Origin: Zygnema circumcarinatum SAG 698-1b
Lineage: Eukaryota; Plantae; Zygnematophyceae
NCBI GenBank assembly: GCA_037447605.1
Contig: CM074811.1
Coordinates: 3,224,001-3,288,000, forward strand
Length of the DNA stretch: 64,000 nucleotides
Direction of reading: 5' to 3'
Every line of letters starts with the position of its first letter. The stretch's first letter is position 1. This document shows, piece after piece, positions 39,750-53,545 of the stretch. The position numbers were made by a program, and so were the translations under genes. The notes below the pieces were generated by a model. The model ran no database searches and was not told where the DNA came from. It was given only the letters and a program-made list of their open reading frames with translations.

Positions 39750-40420
39750 GACGGGGGAGGGAGGGAGGGGGCATGAGACCCATGTTGGCGCAAGTTCTTG
39801 TTGACGATGTTGTTTTAACAGCAAGGCGGACTTGGGCTCAATTTTTTGTTAGAGATGGGCAATAAGGGGGGTGGATGGATCGATAGACGGACAAAAGGAT
39901 GGGTTTTGGGGCGTAGGGCTTAAGTTACATTTGCTGCTTTTTTCAGTGGGGGAGTGGGTTAGCTTTTGTAAATCGCTGAAGGTTTGAATAGAGTTGATGG
40001 GGAGGAAGAGCATGATGAGTCTTCTTTAGGGGCTCAAGTTCAGGTTTGCCGTTATGACGAACGCGCGTGCACCCCGTTAATTTTTACATGCCGACGTTTG
40101 ATCACGACATTGTGCATGGAAACACGAGGCGACACTTGTCGACAACTCGACTTCTTGTGATTGTCGAGAACTCTGTCAAAGCATGCGCATGTTTGCAATG
40201 TGATTTTGTTTAACATACTGTAAGGTACACCTTGCAACCATGTGCATCCCTCGTACCCATGTCCAGAGGGGGGCCTTAGCACCCCTCAGATTTTGAAAAG
40301 CTGTCAGCCTCTGATCGCCTCTGAAGGATGAATAGCGATAATACACACTCGAATTTCAGATTTTTTTTCCCAACTAATTGGTCAGCCCCCTCTGCCGTGA
40401 ATCCGCCCCTGCCTATGTGC

Positions 40421-41965
40421 CTATGTCTCCTCCTCCGTCCCATGAAAGCCTGTGTGAGTGGCATGGTACATGTTGAGCAGATGCTGCCCGCTGGTGGTGA
40501 GAGGCCATCTGCAGGCCAAGGAAAGGGGCAGTAAGGACACTGAGAAGGACTCTAGAGCCACAACATAGCAACAATACATCATGAAAGAATTTCCCCTTTC
40601 ATGACCTACATTGGGTTGTGAACTTCAGTCGCAACTTACTAGAACATTGATCAGCCATGAGCCTCATAACCATTGCGTCCACACAAAGGACAAGCTCATA
40701 CAACCACAACTCTAACCACATTGTACAAATAAGGCATGAGAACATGTTGATACTTGGGAGGATTTTTGTCATCGCAACACGTCGGGAGGCATTCGACGAC
40801 GCAGTCAAAGTTGGGCTCAAAGAAAAACGGAACTGAATAGCGTTCCGTTCCGCGTGTGCAGACACGGTGGAGCGTTGAACGGAACAGGCCGTTGCTCCAC
40901 CGCTCGAGCATGTCCCCCAAATTCACCACAAGGGCCCCCTCCATGCCCTCCACGTCCTCCCACACAGGGCAGGCACTGTCCTTGTCCTTGCAGATCTGTA
41001 GGGAGAGAAGTGGGGAGAGAGAGGAGGGAGAGGAGGGGAAGTGAGAGGGAGACGGGCGAAAGGGAGAGGAATGGCGGAAGATTGAGCAGAAGAGGAAGAG
41101 GACGAGGGAAAGGAGAAAGAGAGGGAGAGGAAAGGTGGGGAGGGAGATGGGGAAATGGGGAGAGGTAATGGGGAGGGCGGGGGCGAAGAGTGGGGGAGAG
41201 ATAGGGAAGGGAGAGAGGGAGGGGGAGAGAGAGGGAGGGAGGGAGGGGGACCGCGAGGGAGAGGACGAGGGAGAGGGGACAGGTAAAAGAGGGAGAAAGG
41301 ACCATCCAAGGCCAGAACCCTAAAACCCTAAAAACCCTAAAAACCCTAAAAACCCTAAAACCCTTCAAACCCTGATCACAAAAAGCAACAGATCACAAAC
41401 AAAAGTTGACATCTCAAGAAGCAGATCACCCTCCCACTCGAACTTGTCTCCCCAAAAGGCAAAAATTGAGACATATTGAGACATAGAGATATATATGAAA
41501 TGAAACTAAAAACTAAAATCTTAACAAAACTTGCGATATAATTTGTTGACCTACTTGAAGGCCGGGTCCGTCCACCGCCAAAAGAGTCAACATTCCGTAG
41601 TCTGTGTGAGCGCCCGCCCCAAATACGCCCTCCCCCGGGGCAGACTTTTCGTCGCTGTAGTGGATGAGGCGGAGCAACGCCATTGGACAATCGAACATTC
41701 CGGGCTGCCCGAAAAAGTTTTGATCCAAATTGAGGGCCAGGGCGAGGAGCTGGACGAGGCGCAGACTGAGGGCATGCGCCTCCTTGAAATAGGTCTCCAT
41801 CGTTGAACGGAACTGAGGGAGCAGTTCTGTGTGGGAGGGAGGGAGGGAGGGAGGGAGGGAGGGAGGGAGGGAGGGAGGGGTGGTAGAGAGGGAGGTGAGT
41901 GGGACGTGAGAACAGAGGTGGGAGACAGAGTGATAGTGGAAGGGATGAGGGGGGAGGGAGGAAGG

Positions 41966-41997
<32 letters not shown>

Positions 41998-43107
41998 TAG
42001 AGAGTGAGAGAGCGAGAGAGAGAGAAGTGGGAGGATATAAGGAACGGGACGAGGGGGACGATGTGGGTAGAGGGAGAAAACGGAGTGAATGAATTTGGTA
42101 GGGAGAAGTAGACGAGGTGTGTGTGAGAGAGAGAGAGATGGGGAGGGAGAGAGAGAGGGAAAGAGGGAGAGAGAGAGGTAGCTACCTTCGGAAGGCCATT
42201 GGTTGGGTCCATGGAGAGGTTTCTGGGCTCGCGGATCATCTGAAGGAATTTCAAGGCCGATATAAAAGCCCTCTTTCGTATCTCCCTTTTTTTGTAAAAT
42301 TGGATCCAAAATTTCCTCCTCAAATGGAGTATAGCCCCTATTGTTTTCATCCTGTTCTAACATTGAAAGGGAGAGGGGGGGAGAAAGAGAGGGAGAGAAA
42401 GTGGGAGAGAGAGAGGGGGGGAGTGAGAGAGGAAGGGAGAGAGAGGAAGAGAGACTAAAGTAAAAAAAAACAAATGCTTTGACAGGATTAAAGAGTGAAT
42501 TGAGAAAGGTTTTAGGTTGAGAGAAAAGTACAAATGAAAAACTAAAATGGGTTAAAATTGAAGAATAGGACTAAATTTAATAATAGGATTAACTTTTTAA
42601 GGTAAGACAATTTATTTTCAAGGTAACACAATTGAACTTGTGGTGGTCTGACCTGCAAAGATTTTTGCTTTTCGGGTCCGGGCAGCGCAAAAAGTTTCTT
42701 GCTCTCCGAAAAAACTTGGTCGATTAGGGCGCGATCGATGCCGTGATTCACCAAATAAAAAAATCCGGAGTCTATGCAGGCCTGCGTAAACCACACATAT
42801 ATATATTTTTTTAGAAATTAGTTTAAAAAAAAAAAAAGAGCTATTTGGGGAGCTAATTAGCAATCAAAATTGCCATAGGGGATTTCTTCAAACTCTATTC
42901 ATCAATTATAGGAAATCAAAAAAGATAAAAAAATGTACAAAGTGCAAAATGCATCAAAAGTCGATCAATTTGGTACAACATTTTGGCCGAATTCGAGCAA
43001 CCGACCTCTCTAATCGCGCCAGCTGTCGCAATGTGAGTGGCTGCGGAGGCGCCCTCTACGGAGGGAAGCGTCACGACGGCGAGGGAGGACGGAACGGAGG
43101 GCGCCAT
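40421..43107 (-). CDS. 2-oxoglutarate/Fe(II)-dependent dioxygenase (DIOX_N + 2OG-FeII_Oxy)
   Basis: ACIDSGFFYLVNHGI; NRGYTPFEEEILDP...GDTKEGFYIG...GPNQWP; LLRLIHY; GAHTDYGMLTLL (HxD); NLGDMLERWSNG..RSTLHRV; RYSVPFF (RxS). Last exon 40508-40421. Confidence 0.94.
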
Positions 43108-44165
43108 GGAACGGGGGGGCACGTGCGACGGAGGAAGTACTGAAACTGGAGGAGCAGTTCTATGGGGCACTGGCGTTGAGGACCTGCGGGTGAAGCCCCA
43201 TCAGGACGGAACTCCCTTCAGTTCCAGTTCCAGTTCCGTGTCTGGACTGGACTAATAGAGGGAATATATCCAAACGTGGCAAATAGAGATTGGCTCTGTC
43301 TTCACATGAGAACCTTCGAATGGAGACCCATAGGCAGGGGAGGGAAGGGGGAGGGGAGGGGAGGAATGGTTATGGGCATGGGCATGGGCATGTGGAGATG
43401 GAGCCGTTATATCCGTACAATCATCTGGCAGGGCCATGCATGCCGTACGGCACCATCCATTCTTTACGGTTGAGTGCGAAGTCCACTGATCCGTACGATT
43501 ACCGTTGAGATGCGAGATCGACGGCGGAGGACGAAAGGCCTTTTGGCTTCATACCATGACAAGCCCGACTCAAACCAAACCATACTTTTGTCAACGCAGA
43601 ACTAAGACTCCCTCATCCTCATAAACAAAACTTGCAATATTTGGACTAAGCGTTGCTTTTCGCGCAGAAGCAGGGCGAACTTCGAAGTTCCAGTTTCAGT
43701 TTCAGTTTCAGTTTCAGTTTAACAGTACTCCAAGTTTCGCACATGGAAACACACTCTTTACCAATTCCACCCTTGCAAGTTTCAAGAAAGTTATGATGAT
43801 GTGGCATTGTTCTCAAAATGGCGAGGCCATCAAAGGTACATGCACGAAATCATCATGGGGAACCACGAGGAACAGGTCACCTAAGGACAAGAGAAAAAAG
43901 CTATGAGCGGAAATCTACGTACAGGCTCAACAACGCTTCATGCCCTTCATATAAACAGCCGCGAAGATCGCTGATATGTGACACATCACGCGGGCACATC
44001 CAGATTTTGCTTCATTTCACTTGTGTAGAAGCCCTAAACCTTAAAACCCTACGCTAAAACCATGATGGGTTTAATGGTCCATCATGATCATGATGTATGC
44101 TATGTTATGTACAACGAAACGCATGTGCCCATGCGATGCCATGCCATGCCATGTCATGCCGCTCG

Positions 44166-44571
44166 TCAGCCGAGCGCATGGAGGGACTCCTCGCAGTAGT
44201 CGTACCAATAGCAACACAGAAACGATGAGGGTTCTCCGTTATGCGCACCATCTCCGTTCAATTCTACGGTTCTATGTGCTCCGCTGCCGGCCCTGCTTCT
44301 GCTCCGCAGTATCCTCTGAGGGCTCTCTGAGGGAGATTGGAACGAAATGGAGGTGGTCCTCATGAAGCTGTCAAGCTGCCCGTCCTCCCACACAAACGAA
44401 AAATACACATGAATCATTTAATGAAACGAAGGAGATGGCCATGGAGGGGACCATGCCGATGATGGTCATGGTGGTGGCGATGATGGTGGATGTGATCTAT
44501 GGTGGACCTGACAAGGGTGATGTTGTTCCATGCCGACGATGATGATGTCAACGATGACGATGATGATGTCA

Positions 44572-44616
<45 letters not shown>

Positions 44617-45281
44617 TCAATAATGATGATGATGATGATGTCAATAATGATGATGATGATATCAACGATGACGATGATGATGTCAATGATGATCATGATC
44701 ATGATGATGATGATGATGATGATGATGACGATGTCAATGATGATGATGACGATGTCAATGATGATGATGATGATGATGTCAATAATGATGATGATGATGA
44801 TGTCAACAATGATGATGATGATGATGTCAACGATGATGATGATAATGACGTCAACGATGATGATAATGACGTCAATGATGATGATGATGATGACGTCATG
44901 GCAAGGAGGGTCTCACGGGGATGCCATCATCCACATGGTGCGACAAGTACAGCGCTGCGTCGCCCTCCCGCACGTGCGGGAATGGAGTCTCCTCGGGGCG
45001 GTAGAACCAGCGGCAGAGCGCCACGTGGCAGGTCTCCTCCTCCCCCCCCTCCCTCCCGTCCGCTCTCAGCGCCAACACTTTGGCGACATAAGGCTGCGCC
45101 TCGTGCGGCGGCGGGCGGAGCTGCATGCATGGGGAGGACAATGGATGAGAGGGAAACGACAAGAAAAGGGAAGATGCTGTAAGTCACGAAACTAAGCAAG
45201 AACGGTTGAGGAAGAAAAAGACGCAAAAGAAATATATCTGCGTTGAGCATCATCGCATCAGTTGCTCTCTTCTCTCCTTCT

Positions 45282-45326
<45 letters not shown>

Positions 45327-47133
45327 TCCCTTTATGTCTCACCTCCACAAAGTCTCCCACATTTACTGTAAAGCTCCCCTTCTGAGCCGCCGCATAATAC
45401 ACTTGTTGCATCCTGCTTCCTCCTCTCTCCCCTCCGCACTCTCTCCTCACTCTCCTCTCTCTCTCTCCCTTCAGAGGGGTAGGAGGAATGATCAACGGCT
45501 CTCTTCCCCTCCCTCTCTCTCCCACTCTCTCCCTCTCTCTCCCTCCTGCCTTCGCAGCAGCTCTTGCGGCGGCTTCAGCTGAAGGGTACGGCCTCCCAAG
45601 AAAGGTCCAACTCAGGGAACTCTCTCCCTCTCTCTCTCTCTCTCCCTCGGCCCCTCCCTCCGCTCCCTCTCCTTCTCTCCCCCCTCTCTCTCTCTCTCTA
45701 GCCACCTCCTCTTCCTGTTCTCTCTCCTCTCCCTCCTCCCCTCTCTCCTTACTCTCCTCTCCTCCTCTCCCTCTGCTCCTCCTTCTAGCCCCATCTGCGG
45801 TTGATGCAGGCAGCTTATTTTCTTTTACCCCATTTAGACCCGATTTCCCCTTATTATTATTGCCACTTTTTATCTCCTCCTCTCGTACACCCACTCTTGC
45901 AACTTTTTCGACCAATGGCGATGCGACACGTGGCATTTTTCCGTTCAGCAAAGTGTGAACCAACCACTCCTGATCCTGCTATCACAAAAGACCATTTTTT
46001 TGCATTTAAGAAAAAAAAAAAAGATTTTTGTTTAACAGCATGTATACTTTTCAGCTTTAAGCAATATATAATTACTGATTTCTGCTTCCTAGAACCCAAA
46101 TTTGGCAATAACCAAACCTAAAAAAATGGGGTATAATTTTTGTACCTTAAAAGAAACTCCTTTTCCTTCGGCAGCTCTCCGAAGAGCTGTCGGAATCGAA
46201 GCTCCAATTTCAGCCACAAAATTTAAATTATTTGCAATATTGGACCCCTCCAGAACCCTCAAATTGGGCACCAATTTTCCTCCAGCATGCTGCGCACCCC
46301 ATTTAAATAAAGTATTAACGAATACTTTTTCTTAGAAAACTGACCACTGGGTTAAAGCAAATTTTTAATCAGAAATGAAAATAAAAGAAGTTAGGGTTGA
46401 ATTAAGGGCATGTCACTACCTGAACAAGAAGGCCGAGCTTGCTTTTGAATGAAGCACTGCCATGCAGCAACACGTGGCACCCCTCCATAGGCCTGCCCCT
46501 CTCTCCCTCTCCCTCTCCCTCTCCCTCTCCCTCTCCCTCTCCCTCTCCCACCAGACCGTTCCCGTTGCCCCTCACTGAGCAGCCATGGGTGTTGGAGCTT
46601 TTCGAAGGACGGATTTGGAAGCTGCAGAAGACAGTAGCTAACAAGTGTCAATATATTTCTCTCTCTCTCTCTCTCTCTCTCCTCCCGCACACTGTCTAAC
46701 CCATAACCCCCACATAAACTGTCTCCATCACCTCCATCCCACGGATCTCTCTCTCTCTCTTCACTGACTGTGTGTATCACTCTCTCCCTCGCCCTCTCCC
46801 TCTTTATTCCTCTCTCTCTCTCTCTCGAGGGATGACTTACTCGTTCGTAGGAAGACATCTCGAAGCAGCGATGGATGAATAGACCCACTGGGGCGTGACA
46901 GCTGTCACGCCAACAGCGCAGGCAAATAGGAATTTCAAAGTTCGCATCTGCACAGTGGAGTGGAGTGGAGCGGGAGAGGGGGAGGGAGGAGAACGTGAGA
47001 CAAGTAGAGGAGAGGGTGACAGTGGAGAGGAAGTGAGAACCGAGAGAAAGTGGAGAGAGAGAGAGATGAAGATAGCGTAAGAGGGAGGGAGATTAAGTAG
47101 AAGGGGGGGAGAAAGGAAGGGGGAAAGAGAGAG

Positions 47134-47185
<52 letters not shown>

Positions 47186-50100
47186 CAGGGAGGGCGAGAA
47201 GTTGCCAACCTGACCAGGAGCTATAACAACCAAGTTTTTCCGATACGATGGCCCTTCTCCATCTTGGATACCCCCCCCATCCTTCTCCCCCTCTCTTTGT
47301 CTCCCTCTCTCTCTCCTCTCTCCTCCGTCTCCCTCCCCACCTCCCGACAAAGTTCGAGGAACATCTTCGAGAATTTTCCCTCCGTGATTTTTCACTGCTC
47401 CCTTCAATGCCTCCATTTCCTTGCTTCTAAATCCAGTTAACAGGATTAACTTTCCGTTAAACACAGCGGTTCCATGTGTTTTCTCCACAGAAGTCCCCAT
47501 CGTCTCCTTTCCTAATTTCAGCCGTTTAAAGTTCTTAGCACGAAGACTAATTTCTACTTGACTCCCACTCTCATCTAAAGAGACCCTCTGACTCCTCCCT
47601 CTCCCACTCCTCCCTACTTTAACGGTTCCATGCTTCCCCTCCTCCGTTTGCAACATTCCATTTTCTTCCCCTTCCCCTTCCTCAATATCTGACGGAATTA
47701 AGAGATTGTTTCTTTCATTTCGCTTCACCCTACGCCTTCTCTCTCCCTCGCTTCTCTCTCGCGCTCTCCCCTTCCTCCTCTTCTCCTTTATTTCGCCCTC
47801 TCCCTCCCCTCTCCTCTCCCCCAATCCCTCTCCATGAGCACCCACTCTCCTCCTCCGTTTAAACACTACAATTTCAGAATCTTCAGATTTTTTACGGTTT
47901 TGGAACCCTCCACCCTCTCCTGCTAAGGGAGGATCACTCCCACCTCCTCTCTCCCTCTTTCCCCCTTCTCTTTCACATCTCCCTCCCTCCTTCCCCACAA
48001 TGGACTCCCTCCCCTCCTTCCCTTCCTCCTCCCTCCTTGCTCTTGCTTTTACTTCAGGAACATCTCCAGAAAAGACTTTAAGGGCTTTTACGGGTACTAG
48101 AGTTTTTGGAGTTTTTGGCATTCTGAGGGTTTTTGGGGTTTTAGGGTTGTTGGGAGTCCGCCTTTCCTTAGATTTTGAAGCTTCTTTGAAAGCTTTCCAA
48201 GCTGCTAACTTCGAATCCTGAATCGGTACTCCAAGACACACTGCAGGGCCGCTCCTCTGAATATTGATTTCGTTTTTTCTATCACTTACATTGTTATTGA
48301 TTGTTTTTGTAGGGTTTCCAGGGTTCAGGGTACTAAGGGGTCGGAGAGAAGTATAAAACACTCTGTTCACTGATCCCTTGGAAGCTCCTCCTTCCATTCC
48401 TCCTCTTCCTGCTCCCTCTCCCCTCCTTCCGTCCCTCTCTCCTCTCTCTCGGTCTCTCTCTATTCCCCCCTCTCCTCCTCTCGTTTCATCGTTCGCACCC
48501 TCCGCTCCTCCTTCGCCTCCCCCAATTCCTTCTCTTCTCCTTCCTCCTTCTCTCACTTCTTCTCCCCTCTCTCTTCCTTCTTCTGCCTTACCACTATCCA
48601 CACAATCCTCTCCCTCCCCTCCTTCCCTCCCCCCACCACTCTCTCCCTCCGCCTCTCCCTTCTCCTTCCTCACTCCATCCCTCTCCTCCATCACTTTCTC
48701 CTCATTCTCTTCTCTCCCTGCGCATCTCTCCCCCTCCTGCCCCTCCACTGGCTCACCCTGCTCCCTCCCCTCCACTCCCACTCCCTCCTTCCCTCCCTCT
48801 GTTTCTTCCTCATCGCTCTCAACAACCTTCCCCTGCTTCCTCGCTCCCTCATTCGAACCCTCGCCTCTCGCTTCCTCCGTCCTTCCCTCCTCTCTCTCCC
48901 TCTCCTCCCTCCCTGTTTCAACCTCCCCCTTCCTTCCCGCATCTCTCCCTCTCTCCTCCCTCCCTCTCTCTCCTTCAGAGCGCCTGAGCCCTGGTAACTG
49001 CTCCTCCGTAGCATTTCCCTCTGTACAAGTCTGACCCTCTTTTCCACAACCAGCATTTAATCCAAAATTTATTTCCAAATCTAGCCCCAAATCCTCCTCC
49101 ACCTCTTCCAAATGATCTCTCCTCCTCCTCTCCTCTCTCCTCTCGTCCTCTGCTTCTAAATCACCATCAAACCCTTCCATATAATCTTCCCTTTTTCTCT
49201 TTAACCTTCCCTCCTTCTCCACAACCATATCATTATCACCATTTTCTCTCTCGCTCTCCCCCTCCCCCTCCTTGTCCTTAGCCCTAACTTCCTCCTCCAC
49301 CCTCTCACTCTCTCCCTCCTCCGTCTCTGTGTTACTCTGAGGAACATAGCTAACTTCACTTCCTTCGACTCCCTCTCCCCCTCCCTCCCTCTGCTTTCCC
49401 TCCCTCTGCCCTCCCTTACTCTCCTGACACCTGGCATTCCCCAGAGGTGCCACGTGGACTCTTCCCGCACCGTCCTCCTCTGACATTCTGCCAGGTGGCA
49501 CCACATAAGGCTCCGTATCTGCTGTCTCCGAACCCTCGAAAAGAAGACCCACATCTCTATACGCCTCCCGCATCTCCACATCATCTAATTCTTCCAAATT
49601 AAAATTAGAATTCAAATTAAAATTACAATGGTGGGCCTCCCCCACGTCCAGCGTATAGTCATCCAACCCCAAAGCCTTCCTCGTTCTTCTCAGCTGCACC
49701 GCTATCTCCGTGACAGCTGTCACACCCAGCCCTCCCACTACCCCTCTCTCTCTCACTTCCCCATCTCTACCGAGCCCCGACTCCGCCACTACCGCCATGA
49801 CAGCTGTCGCTTCCGCAGCAGTTACGGAAAGCCCAACGGCAGCCTCCACAGAAATCTCCCGCATAGAACCTCCCTTCTTCTCGTTCTTCCTTCTCCCACC
49901 TGTTTTCTGATGACTCCTCTGGCTGCCACGTGGCACTTCTTGCTGACATGGCGTCTTCCCATTGGTCCCTTCCGTCTCCTCCTGGAATCCCTCTCCTTCA
50001 CTCTCTTCCCTCAGTCTCTTTCTCAATTTTTTTGGGTCCCTTCCCACTCCTACCGTTTCACCAGAAAGAGCAATTTGTCGCCTCTCCCTCTCTCTCCCCC

Positions 50101-50517
50101 TCTCCTCTATTTCCCCCCTGCCACGTGGCAGGCTTGACGTGCTGCCAGGTGGCAAGTTCCGGTTGGCTGGAACCTTCTCCGAAGATTTTGCTGGCTCTGC
50201 AAGACTCCTATGAGGTGCTTCCAGGTAATTGGTCGCTGTGGCTACTTTTGTCTTTTTTGGAGGAGAGGGAGAGGGGGAAAATTTCAGATGAAGCCGAGTC
50301 GAAACTGGGCTACGGATTGGCGATATGCATGCACCAACCTGCACGAGGTTACAGAAACATGTTCAAAACATGTGTGACAAATTGAAAAAAAGGAACTTCT
50401 CCCCCCTCCCTTCCCCCCCCCCCCCCCCAAAAAAANNNNNNNNNNCCCCCCCCCCCCCCCCAAAAAAAGAACAATGGAAGTGGAGGAGAGAAGAAAGGGG
50501 GGGGAGAGAGAGAGTGG

Positions 50518-50579
<62 letters not shown>

Positions 50580-51283
50580 GAGAGAGAGAGAGAGGGATAG
50601 ATTAACAATCACCTCGGTCTCGAGTCGAAGCACACATGCGGGTCCCTCCGTTTCGGTCCCTCTTTGGGTCTTTGGGCCGTCAGGGGTGTGCGCGGACCCT
50701 CCCTCTCCATTCCCATTTCCGCGCTCTGATTGGTCGGTTCGGAGCACTCGTGGTTCCGCGGAGGAGGGCTCGCGCACCCACTGAGGCTGCCACGGCATCG
50801 CCTGAAGGACAGAGAGGGGGGTGTGCGACTGAGAGAGAGAGAGAGAGAGAGAGACAGAGGGAGATGGGGGAGAGAGAGGGAGAGAGAGAGATAGATGGGG
50901 GAGAGGGAGAGAGGGAGAGAGAGAAAGAGAGATGGGGGGAGAGGGAGAGGGAAGGAGAGGGAGGGGGGGAAGGAGAGGGGTAGATGTGAGGGAAGGAGGG
51001 GGAGGGAGGGTGATGACGAGAGCAAAGCGAGTAGAAGAGGAAGAGAGAGGGAGGGAGGGACGGAGGCGAAAGATTCATGCTCTCTATCATTATCCAAAGT
51101 GGCTTCTGAGGGTTCGAGGGTTGGGAGTTTGATGACATTAGGGTTAAAAGTCAATTGGACCATCAACAAAGAATTACTACAAGTATTATATCTGGGGTAA
51201 GGAATTTCATTGTTTGTGGGGATCCATACTTGAGAGAAGAGCGGCCTTTGAAGGCGAAAGGGAGCGCTGTCCTCTTCAGCCAT
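44166..51283 (-). CDS. Large acidic protein with C-terminal tandem BRCT repeats followed by a BAH domain (53BP1/Rad9-like BRCT pair)
   Basis: Start MAEEDSAPFRLQRPLFSQ|AMPWQPQW; ~1040-aa acidic exon; BRCT1 VFNGKLILLTGF...HGGKIL...MRTLKFLFACAVGVTAVTPQWVYSSI; BRCT2 PMEGCHVLLHG...AGGKLV...WLVHTLL; BAH VNVGDFVE|...PYVAKVLAL...CRWFYRPEET...LYLSHHVDDGIP|LDSFMRT...FLCCYWYDY. Stop at 44166. Confidence 0.82.
44536..44895. repeat. (GAT)n-derived intronic trinucleotide repeat
   Basis: GATGATGAT with periodic GTCAAT/GTCAAC interruptions; lies between BAH exons (donor at 44916, acceptor at 44376 on the minus strand). Confidence 0.92.
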
Positions 51284-52039
51284 TCGTTAAAAAAGCTTTA
51301 CAGCTAAACATCATTTTCAAAGATGTGCATTTTTTAAGCTAAAAGCCCCACAATTTAAACAGCCTAAATTAAAAACCCAGTAGCCCAGAATCTTCAAAAA
51401 AAAGAGGGCGCAGTGAAATGAGGGCAAATGGCAGTGGGGGGGTTCAATGCCTTCAGAGCTTTGTGCAGGGCAGAGGCAAGGTACTGCGTTCGAGTACAGA
51501 CGGCGAGTCCCCAAAGAGTACTGATTCTACGAAGCTGTAGGGTTTGGCGCGAAAACGAAAAAGCAAATTGCAGCGAATGGGAAGTACGCAACACGCGTGT
51601 AATCTAATGGTCTGGATCTTGCAAATCCAACGGTCAATATAAATACAATCGAACGGCCAAAAACATTTCCATCCAACGGTTGTAAAACGTCTAATCTAAC
51701 GGTCACTAACTTTATCACCCAACGGTCCCGATCGTTCAAATCTAACGGTCACAATCGCTCCCAGATACCGGTTTTAAACGGTTGTTTGGTGCATATCCAG
51801 AATCAAGCACATTCAACGCTTCTATGCTCAGTCGTTTAGTTCCACACGGAACCAAATTCAACAAATATCAGTTGCACTTCAGAGCACTGGCTGCTGTTCA
51901 ACGGGCAACCGCCCGAAAAAACAGTTCCATGTGGCACCCCCCCTTTCCATCTCTCCCNNNNNNNNNNCCCCCCCCCCCCCCCCAAAAAAAGAACAATGGA
52001 AGTGGAGGAGAGAAGAAAGGGGGGGGAGAGAGAGAGTGG

Positions 52040-52101
<62 letters not shown>

Positions 52102-53477
52102 GAGAGAGAGAGAGAGGGATAGATTAACAATCACCTCGGTCTCGAGTCGAAGCACACATGCGGGTCCCTCCGTTTCGGTCCCTCTTTGGGTCTTTGGGCC
52201 GTCAGGGGTGTGCGCGGACCCTCCCTCTCCATTCCCATTTCCGCGCTCTGATTGGTCGGTTCGGAGCACTCGTGGTTCCGCGGAGGAGGGCTCGCGCACC
52301 CACTGAGGCTGCCACGGCATCGCCTGAAGGACAGAGAGGGGGGTGTGCGACTGAGAGAGAGAGAGAGAGAGAGAGACAGAGGGAGATGGGGGAGAGAGAG
52401 GGAGAGAGAGAGATAGATGGGGGAGAGGGAGAGAGGGAGAGAGAGAAAGAGAGATGGGGGGAGAGGGAGAGGGAAGGAGAGGGAGGGGGGGAAGGAGAGG
52501 GGTAGATGTGAGGGAAGGAGGGGGGGAGGGAGGGTGATGACGAGAGCAAAGCGAGTAGAAGAGGAAGAGAGAGGGAGGGAGGGACGGAGGCGAAAGATTC
52601 ATGCTCTCTATCATTATCCAAAGTGGCTTCTGAGGGTTCGAGGGTTGGGAGTTTGATGACATTAGGGTTAAAAGTCAATTGGACCATCAACAAAGAATTA
52701 CTACAAGTATTATATCTGGGGTAAGGAATTTCATTGTTTGTGGGGATCCATACTTGAGAGAAGAGCGGCCTTTGAAGGCGAAAGGGAGCGCTGTCCTCTT
52801 CAGCCATTCGTTAAAAAAGCTTTACAGCTAAACATCATTTTCAAAGATGTGCATTTTTTAAGCTAAAAGCCCCACAATTTAAACAGCCTAAATTAAAAAC
52901 CCAGTAGCCCAGAATCTTCAAAAAAAAGAGGGCGCAGTGAAATGAGGGCAAATGGCAGTGGGGGGGTTCAATGCCTTCAGAGCTTTGTGCAGGGCAGAGG
53001 CAAGGTACTGCGTTCGAGTACAGACGGCGAGTCCCCAAAGAGTACTGATTCTACGAAGCTGTAGGGTTTGGCGCGAAAACGAAAAAGCAAATTGCAGCGA
53101 ATGGGAAGTACGCAACACGCGTGTAATCTAATGGTCTGGATCTTGCAAATCCAACGGTCAATATAAATACAATCGAACGGCCAAAAACATTTCCATCCAA
53201 CGGTTGTAAAACGTCTAATCTAACGGTCACTAACTTTATCACCCAACGGTCCCGATCGTTCAAATCTAACGGTCACAATCGCTCCCAGATACCGGTTTTA
53301 AACGGTTGTTTGGTGCATATCCAGAATCAAGCACATTCAACGCTTCTATGCTCAGTCGTTTAGTTCCACACGGAACCAAATTCAACAAATATCAGTTGCA
53401 CTTCAGAGCACTGGCTGCTGTTCAACGGGCAACCGCCCGAAAAAACAGTTCCATGTGGCACCCCCCCTTTCCATCTC
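50447..53477. repeat. ~1.52-kb tandem duplication bounded by N gaps (likely assembly/haplotype artefact)
   Basis: 50447-51957 matches 51968-53477 apart from a 2-bp G-run indel; duplicates BRCT gene exons 1-2 and the promoter. Confidence 0.85.
51543..51781. promoter_or_regulatory. Overlapping E2F sites and MSA (AACGG) cluster upstream of the BRCT-BAH gene
   Basis: TTTGGCGCGAAA at 51543-51554; seven co-oriented AACGG cores at 51629, 51652, 51675, 51698, 51721, 51744, 51777 (copy at +1524). Confidence 0.65.
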
Positions 53478-53545
53478 TCCCAATTTTCTCCCATTCTCCC
53501 TCCCCTCCCTCTCTCCCCTCTCTCCCCTCTGTGTCGCTGCACTCC

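Noticed and set aside
44414-45195. Poly-Asp, poly-Met, poly-Ser and poly-Ile ORFs (apparent acidic or metal-binding protein)
   Set aside because: GAT repeat inside an intron of the minus-strand BAH region, open in most frames simply because of repeat composition.
51968-53477. Duplicated first exons / alternative promoter of the BRCT gene
   Set aside because: Gap-bounded near-identical copy differing only by a homopolymer indel; probably a haplotig or overlap artefact.
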